Below, piece by piece: positions 25,511 through 36,659 of a stretch of 64,000 nt of DNA. A program made the translations under genes and the position numbers. Within the stretch, counting starts at the first letter, position 1. The number at the start of each line of letters is the position of its first letter. Location: NCBI RefSeq assembly GCF_006345805.1, contig NC_042999.1, positions 140,244,001 to 140,308,000 on the forward strand. The letters run 5' to 3'. Under the pieces are notes generated by a model. It did not search any database, was not told the origin of the DNA, and saw only the letters and a list, made by a program, of their open reading frames with translations. The stretch is from Octopus sinensis. Taxonomy: Eukaryota.

Positions 25511-25609
25511 ACATGATTTTATCATAAACACCATTCCCTACCCCAGCTATTTTTACTCAGTCAACTTATTAATGTTTTAATTAAGTTAAATACCTTATAG
25601 GTATTAACA

Positions 25610-25865
25610 TTGCTCACCATAACAGAATTGAGATCCTAAAACCAAGGTGCCACGTGAAAAGCATTGGTGTGGGTGCTGGTGTCACATAATAAGCACTGAT
25701 GTTGGTGCCACTTAAAAAGCATCCAGTACACTCAGTAGAGTGGTTGGCATTAGGAAGGGCATCCAGCCATAGAAACCAAGCCAAAACAGACAAGGAAAAT
25801 GGTGCAGTTCCTGTCAAGCTGTCCAACCCAGGTCAGCATGGAAAATGGATGTTAAATGATAATGA
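25610..25865 (+). mobile_element. RTE-type 3'-tail retroposon
   Basis: ...GCATGGAAAATGGATGTTAAATGATAATGATGATG tail. Confidence 0.8.
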
Positions 25866-26899
25866 TGATGTTGATTAACAGATGTGAGCAAGAGATGTCA
25901 GTACTGTTTAATTGTGAGTTATGGTATTTGTTTGCACTTAAACAAAATGTTATGGATGAATATAAAGTACACAAAACATATTACCATATGTTGCAGTATA
26001 TCAGTGGTTCCCAACATTTTCACTACCAAGGACCCCTTTTATTTAAGTGAGTTTTCACATGGATCCCTTTTTATATGCTTATCCTTATGTACATATACAT
26101 GTATATGAAATTTTGAATTTAGTTCATGGACCCCCAGTACTACCTTTGCAGACCACTAGGGGTCTGTGGACCTCAGGCTGGGAACCACTGCAGTATATCC
26201 ATGTAGACAAAATTAATGAAAATATTATGGGAATAAGATCTAGTCCTGGAATGCATGGGGAGTAATGGAATGAACACTTACAGAGCTGGTTCCTATTTTG
26301 GACTGAAGTGATTAAAAAAGTTTTTTAACCCCTCCAAATTAACCTCAATGAAGCAGACCTATGATCAAGGGTGTTTTTTTTGTATTCTGAGACAACATAT
26401 TCAAGTGTCCCTTTTTCAATATGGAGGGGTAAGATTTAAGGAAGATTTGGCTGCTATTTCTACATCTAGGTTGAAGAGATTCTGGCAAAATTAGCAGACA
26501 AGAGACCAGAAATCCCAGTGGCAGTCTGGGAGGTGATAGAGCTTGCAGTAAGTTTGTTTGTCAAAGATGATGGCTTGAAGACACTCTTTGCCTTCCTGAC
26601 TTTTCATTTACAGATATATATTGTGTTATGAGAGCATATCAACTGTGAGTGAACAATTTGTCAGTAGGGAGTATAAAGGATATGGATGGAATATTTAAGA
26701 ATCAGTAATCTGCCTAGCTGAGCAGGATGAATCAAGTGTGAAAGTACATTTGCTGCTAAAGGTAGACAGCTGATTTTAATAACCAGAAATCTCGAGTCAC
26801 ACAAATGTGTGTGCCAAGGTTCCTAAACTTCCCTTAAAGCAGGTGCCATACTGCCACACTCTCTACTATTTGGTCATATCAAAATTAAAGAATAACTGG

Positions 26900-27300
26900 G
26901 TGGGTGGAAGTGACATGACGTCGACAGACTCGACCTCATATCAAAATTCGATACAGAGAGGTAGTGAGACCTAAATAATTCGGCCAATCCCTCGTGAACA
27001 GGCGTGGCCACGATACTGGCTTTAATTGGTCAGTTGAATCAATGGTAACAAACGCGTAATGATATAAAAAGTAAAGAAATAAAGAAATATATTACCATTT
27101 ATCTAGACTTTATAATACATATCTTTCTTCATGAAAAGAACTTTACAATTTATTTAAATAGACTTTAGCATTTTGTTTTCTTCAGTGTATTATAATATCT
27201 TATATGAGTCTATTTCTTTCGTAGCGTGACAACTTCCGCTTGAGAACTAAAGGTTGTTAGGCTTCATTTTTTTTATTTATGTGCGCTACTATTACGCATG
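26900..27300 (+). promoter_or_regulatory. EDEM1 proximal promoter (CpG-rich)
   Basis: Onset of the CpG-rich block. Motifs: TGACGTC (26916), CCAAT (26984), CGTGGCCACG (27003-27012), ATTGG (27025) and ETS-like ACTTCCG (~27232). Confidence 0.65.
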
Positions 27301-27412
27301 TTCACACATTAGTAGGAGGTTACGAACTATCGGTTCATAGTAAAACAAGATATTAAGTCACTGTAGATATATTCAATGTAGAGAAACACTACATGTGTTT
27401 GACCAAATAACT

Positions 27413-27510
27413 ATGAAACTATTATTAACGCTGATGCCACGGAAAAAGTCTGCTACTGTTAAATAATGGTTATATTGAAAACGGCGAATCGCTCTAGAAA
27501 AAAACGATAA
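27413..27510 (+). promoter_or_regulatory. Two stop-start-coupled short uORFs (27413-27466 and 27466-27510)
   Basis: MKLLLTLMPRKKSATVK* overlaps by TAATG with MVILKTANRSRKKR*. They are only relevant if the TSS lies upstream. Confidence 0.4.
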
Positions 27511-27591
27511 TTGTGAGCTGATATCAAATACAACAGACGTATCAGCTAATCAGATATATAAATACATACCATTTGTTATAATAAAATTTCC

Positions 27592-27783
27592 ATGGATCAG
27601 TACTATGTTGGGAAAACTATCAATAATTATTCTCTTGCTTTGCTTATGTATTCTGGTGAAAGGTCGCTTGTACCTCTTCCAGAAGGACTGGGGTCGCCAC
27701 GATGTCAAGTACGGCCATTTCTCCGAGAAGGAGCGTCTAAACATGCTTCAAAAGGTCCGGGAGATGTTCAACTTCGGTTATGA
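27592..27783 (+). promoter_or_regulatory. Out-of-frame uORF overlapping the EDEM1 start
   Basis: ATG 13 nt upstream of the main ATG; 63 codons. Confidence 0.45.
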
Positions 27784-27864
27784 CAACTACATGAAATATG
27801 CATTTCCTAAAGACGAACTAAATCCTCACAGCTGTCATGGTCGTGGCCCTGATTATGACAACCC
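27605..27864 (+). CDS. EDEM1: EDEM1 coding exon 1 (signal sequence and start of GH47 domain)
   Basis: MLGKLSIIILLLCLCILVKG...VREMFNFGYDNYMKYAFPKDELNPHSCHGRGPDYDNP; donor CC|GTAAGT, phase 2. Confidence 0.96.
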
Positions 27865-28589
27865 GTAAGTTTACACCGCTCTTGTTTTTTATCGTCTACA
27901 TTATTTGATGCCTTCCTCCACATTTTCAATATTTAAAGTAATCTTACTTGTGACCGAAGCAGGGGGTTTATATTTCGATTTTTATTCAATAATACATTGT
28001 TGTTGTTTATTTGTTAATTACGAAAACGTTTTGATTTAATTTAACATCCTAAGAAGCGATCCTTTTCAGCCTTTTTCAAAATTATTGGTTACGTACAAGA
28101 AGCTCTAATTAATGTTGATCTTTAATGGTTCGACAATATGTATGTCGATACTAGAGTTGTGATTTGTAAAGTCAGAGTAAACTCGTCAGGTATATTTATA
28201 TATCTCGTTTATTTAACACTAAAATTCTGTATCAACTTGGATAATAATAATAAAAGTATTCGACTTAGAGACCAATAGAAAACTAATATTACAGAAATGT
28301 CGTCCGAAATTAAATATGACTTTTTGTGTGGCTTTGAAAAAGTAATTTTTGCACCTGATAGAATTGTATATTTCCCCAATAAAGCACTTTATTAGTCAGG
28401 TGAGCCTTCTTATTTCCTGTCCTTATTACAAAGTAACCATTGGGTGGCGTGCAGATTCTGTTGCACTAAAGCCGAATTAAGAACGACGATTTATTGTTTA
28501 ATATGAATTACTCAGAAGTTTAAGATACACCAAAAAACGTGAATTATTCATTACGAATTGAAAGTGGTTTGTTTATATTATTGTTTAAC

Positions 28590-28985
28590 TCCATGTCAGC
28601 CTTGAAGGAGCAGACCTTTGATCAAAGGTGTTCCAGTTGCGACTATGTCATTTACTTTGCAGACAGTGTATCTAAAACTGTCTAAGACAATAATGGGGGT
28701 GGCTTCATTGGAATATGGCTGTAATTTTTAGCTGGTCAAGTGACCACATTGATAGCTCCCTTGTTAACTCGACGATGTTTAAGTTCTTTAACCCCAGATC
28801 GAGCAGCCATATAATCAAAGACAGTCCAACTTTGACCATCCCATTTTTTTGTGTATCAAAGGATACACTGTCCAATGTATACTAAGATGGAGGAATGTGA
28901 TTTGAGGGTGATTTGTTCGCTATTTCGAACAGGTCGACGGACCGCATTGAGACATCCCCGTTGGCTCGTTGAGTAAGCAATCGTT
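28590..28985 (-). mobile_element. Two tandem copies of SINE-like family D
   Basis: GAGCAGACCTTTGATCAAAGG...TTTAGCTGG, followed by GAGCAGCCATATAATCAAAG...GAGGGTGATTTGTTCGCTATTTCG. Confidence 0.7.
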
Positions 28986-30029
28986 CGCTAACAGTGTTTA
29001 GGTTGTTGTTTAGTGCCAGGTCTGCTCTCTTTAAGTTTGTTGAAAGAGAGCAAACTTATTGTCAAAAACTCTCTATTAATGACCAACTCATCTTTTTGTA
29101 TATCCAGGATTATATTACCCAGTGTACTAACCAGAAAAATAGAAGAGGGTGTGATATTAGGGAACTTGGCTGCTATTTCTAAAAGCCAAGAGACCACATG
29201 AAAATACTTTGAAAGGCGATTAATTTTGTCGGTCAGAAACTATACACTACTATAGAAAGGGTCGACCCCACTCCTTTTTGGGGATAATAGATTCAAGGCT
29301 ACATGTCCCTTTTGAATATGAAAAATAAGTGGAATTAATAGTTAATTTTTACATAGAAAAACCGATGAAAGAAGAATGATGTTTTACCGAAAGACAAATG
29401 TCTGGTAGGGTCTGAAATCGTGAGCTACGTGTCACGTTCGATCATGTTGTGTTGATATCCGATGGTGCTGTTTTTGATTAAATAGGTACAAAATATGGGA
29501 GAATGGAATGTGATGTTTATAACTTTCAAAAGTGTCCTCTAGAAGCTTATTTCTGCTCTATGGCATTTTGTAACTGCTAATATTTTCATTACATAATCGA
29601 ATATCATGTCATTTGGGTGATTTAATTTAAGTTTCTGTACTGTTAAACTGTCCCTCTATTGCTGGTAACTTTTCCAGAATCAGTATTACTTTCTAACAGC
29701 CAAATAAAGGAATCACATGAAACTAGGGGTTTCTTCACTAAACATTTTGTGAATATTGTCAAATTGCTCATAATCTGGTTACCTGATATCTTTTTGGTAC
29801 TAAATCTTCGAATCAAATCCTGTTTAATATTCAATAAAGGGATCATACATTTCTAGCCTTAATTCTTTAGTACACCATACTAAGCTTGGACATTATCATT
29901 TAAAGAGATATTGTTATAAGAAAACTGTTGATCTTAGCTTAACAATTCTTCACTTCTCTGGGATACATAAACTACCACCAATAATAACCCGAGATAAAAT
30001 GACTAAAAATTAAATCCATCAGTTACGAC

Positions 30030-30290
30030 AAGGGTTTCAGTTGATCTGATCAACAGAAAAGCCTGTTTGTGAAATTAACATGCTGGGCACTCCGTAGACA
30101 TGTGTACTCTTAACATAGTTCTCACAGAATGTGACAAGGCTGCTCTTTGAAATGAAAGTACTACCAATTTTGGCTAGATGAGTGAACAGTAGCAACATGA
30201 AATAAAGTGTCTTGCTCAGGGACACACTAGGAATCGAACTTGGAACCTTATGATTGCAAACCAAATACCTTAACCACTAATCCTTGCATC
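30030..30290 (-). mobile_element. tRNA-derived SINE family B
   Basis: Minus strand has TAGTGGTTAAGG (A box), GTTCGATTCC (B box) and GTGTCCCTGAGCAAGACACTTTATTTCA; it matches 43840-44100. Confidence 0.75.
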
Positions 30291-30374
30291 TTCACACCAA
30301 ATGACTAAAATTAGGTTATATGTGGGTCACCACTGAACAATTGATTGAAATGTCTTTTTCTCTGGACTTGCTGG

Positions 30375-30970
30375 ATCATCATCATTTAACATTCGCTTTC
30401 CATGCTGGCATTGGTTGGATGGTTTGATAGGAGCTGGTCAAATGGAGAGCTGCCCCATCTCTGTTTTGGGATGGTTTCTATAGTTGGATGCCCTTCCTGA
30501 CACACCAGCCACTTTACAGAGTGTACTGGGTGCTTTTATGCAGCACCTGCACAAGTGCTTTTACGTGGTACCAACATCCATGAGCTCACAAGATTAGGAA
30601 TGCTCAGCTGAAGAGGGATGCAGGGGACATACCTGTATGCAAAGACAATCATGTATTTACTTAATTTGACATGTCTTCTCAAGCACAGCAAACTGCCAGG
30701 AGTGAGGAGAAAGCTTGATACCATAAATGACTCTTGAAGTTGTTATAATTTCTTATTGAGAAATCCTAATTCATCATCATTTCATGTCCTTTTTCCATGC
30801 TGGAAGGGTTGATGGGATTCAGTGGTATGGAGGACCACATCATATTCCACTGTCTCAGTTTAGGTATAGTTTCAACAGCTGCATGTCCTTCCTATTGTCT
30901 ATTTTACAGAGTGTAGTAGCTGCTTTTTTCATGGCACTTATAACTTGCAAGACTAAAGTGTCCCCCTTGA
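30375..30970 (-). mobile_element. Two adjacent RTE-type 3'-tail retroposon copies (starting ~30375 and ~30773)
   Basis: Two (CAT)n-TTT...TTCCATGCTGG tails. Confidence 0.7.
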
Positions 30971-30974
30971 CTTA

Positions 30975-31823
30975 GAGAATAGGAGAGAGGGAGATGGCTT
31001 TATGTGAGATGTTGAGTTGTTTAAGACCCCACAATATATATATATATGTGTTGAGCCTGAGGCTGTGTGGGAAGATGAATGGAGGCATATCGTTGCCGTC
31101 ACTAGTGATCACTCCAGACACCATGATGTTGACTGGATGTTTGATTTTTATCACTCTCAGTACATGTTTTGAGTACACGGCAAGCCAATGGTTGTTCTTT
31201 ATGTTCACCATCTGATCCTGGCTGAAATTTTTCTCGTCTGAGAAAAACTAAAGCATATTCAGTTGGAGGGGATGCTTGAGTTTGTTCAAAAGCTTTGTAG
31301 CGTGGTCTTTCCTCTTGTCCTTGATGGCTTGGGATAAAAATTGGCCCTCTCTCATGAGGAATACCAAATGCCTTCTTGCACTACCTGCCTGATAAAAAAC
31401 TCAGATACTCCTTTTCCTTGGCAATGGACCTGATTGGCTTGGAGGGATTATTGTCAATCATGGCCTGGATCTCACCAACAAATTCAGGAGCTCTTTTCTT
31501 ATCAGAATGAGTTTTCCAAGTTGCCATACCTTCATAATCACCATTAGACTCATCTAACTCTTTCCGAATCCTCTGCGCTGTCCTCAGATTGACACCCAAA
31601 CACTTTGTAATGTTTGTATTGGAGCTTCTGGCATGAGTGTCAAGCAGTACAGCATGTCATTTCCAAATTTCTGGCAGAGTAAATTGCATCATGGTACTGT
31701 TTTTCTCACAGATGGTGCCCAACTGACCCTACTATACTGTGTAGTTGACAAAATCAAAAGCAAACAATGTGCATGCATAAAATAAAAAATATAAAATGGT
31801 GACAATTTACCCATCGCATCCTG
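30975..31823 (-). mobile_element. Decayed Tc1/mariner-superfamily element, maT (DD37D)-like, truncated
   Basis: LRTAQRIRKEL, IQAMIDNNPSKPIRSIAKE and KHPVNIMVSGVITSDGNDMPPFIFP; TIR-like CAGGATGCGATGGGTAAATTGTC at the 31823 end. Confidence 0.7.
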
Positions 31824-31825
31824 TT

Positions 31826-31892
<67 letters not shown>

Positions 31893-31896
<4 letters not shown>

Positions 31897-32222
31897 TTGT
31901 TACCAGCGTCGCCTTACTGGCACTTGTGCCAGTGACATGTGAAAAAACATTTGAGTGAGGTTGTTGCCAGTGCTGCTGGACTGGCTCTTGTGCAGGTGGC
32001 ATGTAAAAAACACCATTTGAGTGTGGCTGTTGTCAGTACCGCCTGACTGGCCCTCGTGCTGGTGGCACTTAAAAGCACCCACTACACTCTCGGAGTGGTT
32101 GGCGTTAGGAATGGCATCAAGCTGTAGAAACTCTGCCAGATTAGATTGGAGCCTGGTGCAGCCATCTGGTTCGCCCATCCTCAGTCAAATCATCCAACCC
32201 GTTAAACGATGATGATGATGAT
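31893..32222 (+). mobile_element. RTE-type 3'-tail retroposon, sense copy
   Basis: Ends ...CCAACCCGTTAAACGATGATGATGATG. Confidence 0.85.
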
Positions 32223-32849
32223 ATTCACCATGTTGGACCACTGAAGTCAACATGTTTTTTTCATTCTCTCTCTATTATTTCCTCCTATTCCTTTCTTTCA
32301 AAGAGCGTAGGCTTGAAGCATAAAAGACTTTTCCTACATCTGTCTTTGTTTTCCTATAAATTTGAACTATAACTATCTATCTGTCTATCTTTCTATCTAT
32401 ATATGGGTGAGTAGGGTTGGATGGAGTGGTAGCAGAAAGAGAGATAAAGATGATGGGATGAGGCAACAGAGCATACCCTGAAGGTAACATGTCCAAAAAA
32501 GTGAAGAGAAGAAAGCACAGAAGTGTGGAGATATAAGGATTAGTAAGGGTGGGCGTATGGAGGGAAAGTGAGTGAAATGATAGAAATAGGGATTGAGGTG
32601 GTCAAAGATATTTAGGAGTGAATGGTTAACGAGGATGTGGGTGGTCAACAGTAAATATGAGTTAGTGGTAAGAATGAGGAATGTCAAAAAAAAAAAATAT
32701 ATAGGAACTGGCTTAGAAGAGAGAGGATAATAACTGGTAGTACAGAAAGAGTGATGATATATGTAGTGATCCTAATTAAGGCATTGTAATTCATTAGAGA
32801 ATATTTTGTAATCCCTGATTTCTTGTACTAAAAGTTAAAAATAGAAATT

Positions 32850-33830
32850 GTAAATATTTCCGTCTTGTGGGCAGATCTATTATTCCCTGCTCAAAGAATT
32901 CCTGTCTTTATTGGTGAAAAACTTTCCAGGTGTATTTTTACATCCACTTCAGAGTTGAAGGTCTGTTAATTCAATGAATTTTGAAGAGATTGAAACTAGT
33001 GGAAATTTGAAGGTACAAGGTTGGGCAAGTATGGAGGTGTAGTGAAACTCCCCAGCCAAGCCCCATTAACTTCTGCCACATCTGCAAAAAAGTGTGCAGT
33101 CTGACATTATCATGATGAAAGACAATACTCTTATGATTAGCAAGTGCTGGACACTTCTGGTGGATCACTGCTTTTAGTTTGTCCAGCTGGTGGTCACAGT
33201 ATGCATTCAAATTGATAGACCTGTTGTGGGAAGAAGCTCATAAATGGCAACACCCGTCTAATCTTGCCAAATTGAAAGCATAATAATCTTCTTTGGGTGA
33301 AGTCCTGCTTTGGAGGTTGTCTGTGCTGATTCATTACACTTTCTTTATGATTATTTGCACTTCATGTTGTTATAAATGTTCCATTTTTCATCTTCTGTAA
33401 ACCATTCTCTTAAAAAAAAAATGGGATTGTTTTCTTCATGTTTCTGCAACAAATCACAGATGGAAATTTGTTGAGCAAAGTGAACCACACTCAACTGATG
33501 TGGGACCCAAACATCAAGCCTACTGATGTAACCAAGTTGATGCAAATGGTTTTCAGCACTCAATCTGAATATCTGGGGAATATTTACAATCATTCTTATT
33601 GTATTATGGGGTTTGGTGTTACTATTAATTTCATTTGGCTGGCTAGAGTGAGGTGCATCTTGCACTGGAAAATTTCTCATCAAAATCTTGAAAACCACCT
33701 GACACATTCCATAACAGCATCCTCTCTGTACATAGCACATATCTTCCTGCAGGCTTCCGCTGCTTTCTTGCTTTTTTTAAAATAAAAAAGTATGAGGTGT
33801 CAATAATGTTCGTTCCTGTTCTCCATTTTT
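32850..33830 (-). mobile_element. Decayed mariner (DD34D) transposase
   Basis: LGYISRLDVWVPHQL, TEDEKWNIYNN and FHHDNVRLH...QKLMGLGW motifs, with frameshifts. Confidence 0.9.
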
Positions 33831-33968
33831 AGAATGATCCCAAGCTCACAAAATACAACCTGTCTCATTGTAAGTTTGCATTGAACTACATTGAAGTGTC
33901 AAGTATCTAACAAGTGCACATGTGCAAGAGACAAATTGAAGTTGTAGAATGACTGTGCAAAGGAGAGG

Positions 33969-34827
33969 TGATGAGATTGGCTCCTTTAATACATCTCACG
34001 GTCGATTACAATAAATACGAAAAGGTATAAATGAGTATGAGTGCCAGCAGGAAAAAGAGGCGACACAACCGGTAGAATGTTAAGAGAAGATTTTATTGAT
34101 AGGTTAATATGTGTGTCTGTGTGTGCGTCATATATGCAATATAATAGACAGGACGTCATGTATACAAAGTGTATGTGTACAAACAAGGATGTATGTGTGT
34201 GCGATAAGTAGCATTGAAAGAGTCTATAATAGGACACTAGAAGAATGTTCAGACGCAATGATAATAAATACCAGTTCATAGTCCAGATACATGATAGTTA
34301 AAGTGCTGTAACAAGAAGTTGAGGCGAAGTAGCAGAGCCTGTGTGGTACGTGTTGTACGAAGTGGTGGCTACAATGCTGCTGCTGGGTTACTTGGTACAA
34401 GAGTTCTTGCAAGTTGTGTTTGCTGTTAGCCATGGTGAAGTAATTCACAAACAGTGTTGAGATGAACCTGTGTGACGGTTGATGTGTATGTAGAAAGATG
34501 TTGTTGACAAAATTGATAGCCGTATGCTGTTGGACGAATGTTGATAAGTCTCCATGTAGCTGCTGTGGTCTGTTGTTGCTGGAACTGGCTGTGTCCTGTG
34601 TGGTCGGTGGCTAGACCTAAAAGGGTCTGGAACCAACTGACTTCGACTCGGTGTTGAAGCTAGCATTTTATACCACGCTATTAGCTCACCGGAATGCTTG
34701 GAAGAGACTGTCTCATGTGACCTTATCAGAAGGCTGTGATTGGTTGGGCTGCACATTGGCGCATAATAGAATAGTGGACACAACAGGGTCCAAAAGGGCA
34801 GCCGAAGGCTAGCTGTTATCTACTACA
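33969..34827 (-). mobile_element. Probable solitary LTR (859 bp, TG...CA), antisense in EDEM1 intron 1
   Basis: Minus strand begins TGTAGTAGAT and ends ATCTCATCA. It carries two CCAAT boxes, TATAAAA (34672-34666), TCAGTT (34640-34635) and ATTAAA near the end, and is CpG-rich. No TSD found. Confidence 0.55.
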
Positions 34828-35284
34828 TCCGTACTCATGCATATATAACGGAGAAAAACTAAACAGACTAGTTGGCTCACTCAATATTTAAATGAAAGTT
34901 TAAAAAGAAAGCAAAGCATTTTCTCATATAAACAAATTCACTCCTGAATGTTAAGAAACTATAAAATTAACAAAGAAACATTGGTTAAATTTAGTGCACA
35001 GCTTTATTAATACAAAGCTAAATGTTGGGGAGCAAAATCTCATTTGTCTATCTAGTTGACATTAATTATTTCATCTTTGTTTTGCTTCAGTTCACAGAAT
35101 AATTTATAACAAATAGAACAAAAAAAACCCACTGTATTATCTTGAACGAAAGTATTGAAATATTTTTCAATCCTGTTCCACTTACAGTGGTAACAGAAAC
35201 ACTAAAAAACAAAACAAACTACTTTTCCCATTGGGGAAAAAGAAAATAAAGGGGACTTAATTTGCTTTTGGTATATAGGTATTT

Positions 35285-35570
35285 CATCATCATCATCATT
35301 TAACGACCGCTTTCCATGCTAGCATGGGTTGGACGATTTTGACTGAGGACTGGCAAACCAAATGACTGCACCAGGCTCCAATCTTGATCTGGCAGAGTTT
35401 CTACAGCTGGATGCTCTTCCCAACGCCAACCACTCCGAGAGTGTAGTGGGTGCTTTTTACGGGCCACTGGCACGGGGGCCAGTCAGGTGGTACTGGCAAT
35501 GACCTCGCTCGAATCTTTTTACACGTGCCAGTGAAGCGACGTTGGTAACGATCACGCTCGAATGGTGCCC
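35285..35570 (-). mobile_element. RTE-type 3'-tail retroposon
   Basis: (CAT)n-TTTAACGACCGCTTTCCATGCTAGCATGGG. Confidence 0.85.
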
Positions 35571-35964
35571 TATAAACAATAATTGTTGAGAGTACTGTTT
35601 TGTACAGTCTGCTGCATTTAAGTTAGACTTTCTTCATCCTGATTTCAAATGCTATCGGGGTTAATTTCTGTTGAACTTGATGAAAGCTCAATAAAATTAG
35701 TACCTGATGTTTATATGCAGTTTTCATTTGGTGTCAAACCTAACAAATCTGTAGAGATAGCTAAAACAGTAGAATGCTGGCTTTTATGATTTATTACATC
35801 TAGTTTTAGATTACACAGTTTTGTGTTCAAATCAAATCTAGTTAGGAGTTCAGATAAGTAGTGAGATCAGTTATATTAACTATATTTCTTCCTCAGTTTG
35901 AAGTCTCTGTTATTGCTGCTTAAGGGATACCATCAACAAGAAGCTATTCTCTTCAGTTGTAATT

Positions 35965-36172
35965 TTCGTTTCAAATTTTGGTACTAGTCCAGCTATTCTG
36001 GGGGAGGGGGCAAGTTAATGACCAGTGCTCAACTGATACTTATTTTAACAACCCTGAAAAGATGAAAGGTAAAGTCAACCTTGGCAGAATTTGAACTTAG
36101 AACATAAAGATAGATGAAATGCCATAAAGCATTTTGATGGTGTGCTAATGATTCTGCCAGCTTGCTGCCTTC
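35965..36172 (-). mobile_element. SINE family C
   Basis: GTTTCAAATTTTGG...GATGAAAGGTAAAGTCAACCTTGGCAGAATTTGAAC. Other copies lie at ~40730-40850 and 41135-41335 (-), and ~39610-39775 and 63440-63600 (+). Confidence 0.75.
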
Positions 36173-36290
36173 CCTTCCATTGTAATTTTGAAATTTCTTA
36201 CCTTTTTAGAAAATATTGTTACTGTAGATGTTGGTTCTTCAGAAGTCAAAAATATAAGTACTAGCCAAGTACTGAGTATAGTTGACATTA

Positions 36291-36434
36291 CTTGTGCCTA
36301 TTTAAGAAATTCTTTTAATCTTGTGCCTATTTAAGAAATCCTTTTTTAGTCTTTTTCATCTTATGCTTGTCTAAGAAATCCTTTTTCAGTTTTTTTTCGT
36401 CTTGTGCCTATTTAAGAAATCCTTTTTTTTTTTT
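36291..36434. repeat. Minisatellite of 4 units, CTTGTGCCTATTTAAGAAATCCTTTT plus a variable T-rich spacer
   Basis: Units start at 36291, 36320, 36360 and 36401. Confidence 0.9.
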
Positions 36435-36659
36435 GCTGAAGATATTTGACTTAATTAAAGCTTTGGACTACATGAATTACAGAATTTAATTTTAACTTTC
36501 AACAATTGCAGAATTAGATCAAGTCTGGGTTTGATTTAAGAAATAGTAAAACACTATGCTAAATATATTGCAATATTTATTTTTATCATTATATCTTACT
36601 ATTTTTCCTTTGCGTTTGTTCTTTTCATGTTGATATAATAAGTACCAATAACATACTGG

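Noticed and set aside
26984-27029. Canonical ERSE (CCAAT-N9-CCACG) or ERSE-II
   Set aside because: The spacings are N19 on + and N17 on -. Reported only as a variant module.
34445-34783. 112-aa ORF on the - strand
   Set aside because: It lies across the promoter elements of the LTR-like repeat and has no gag/pol/env motifs.
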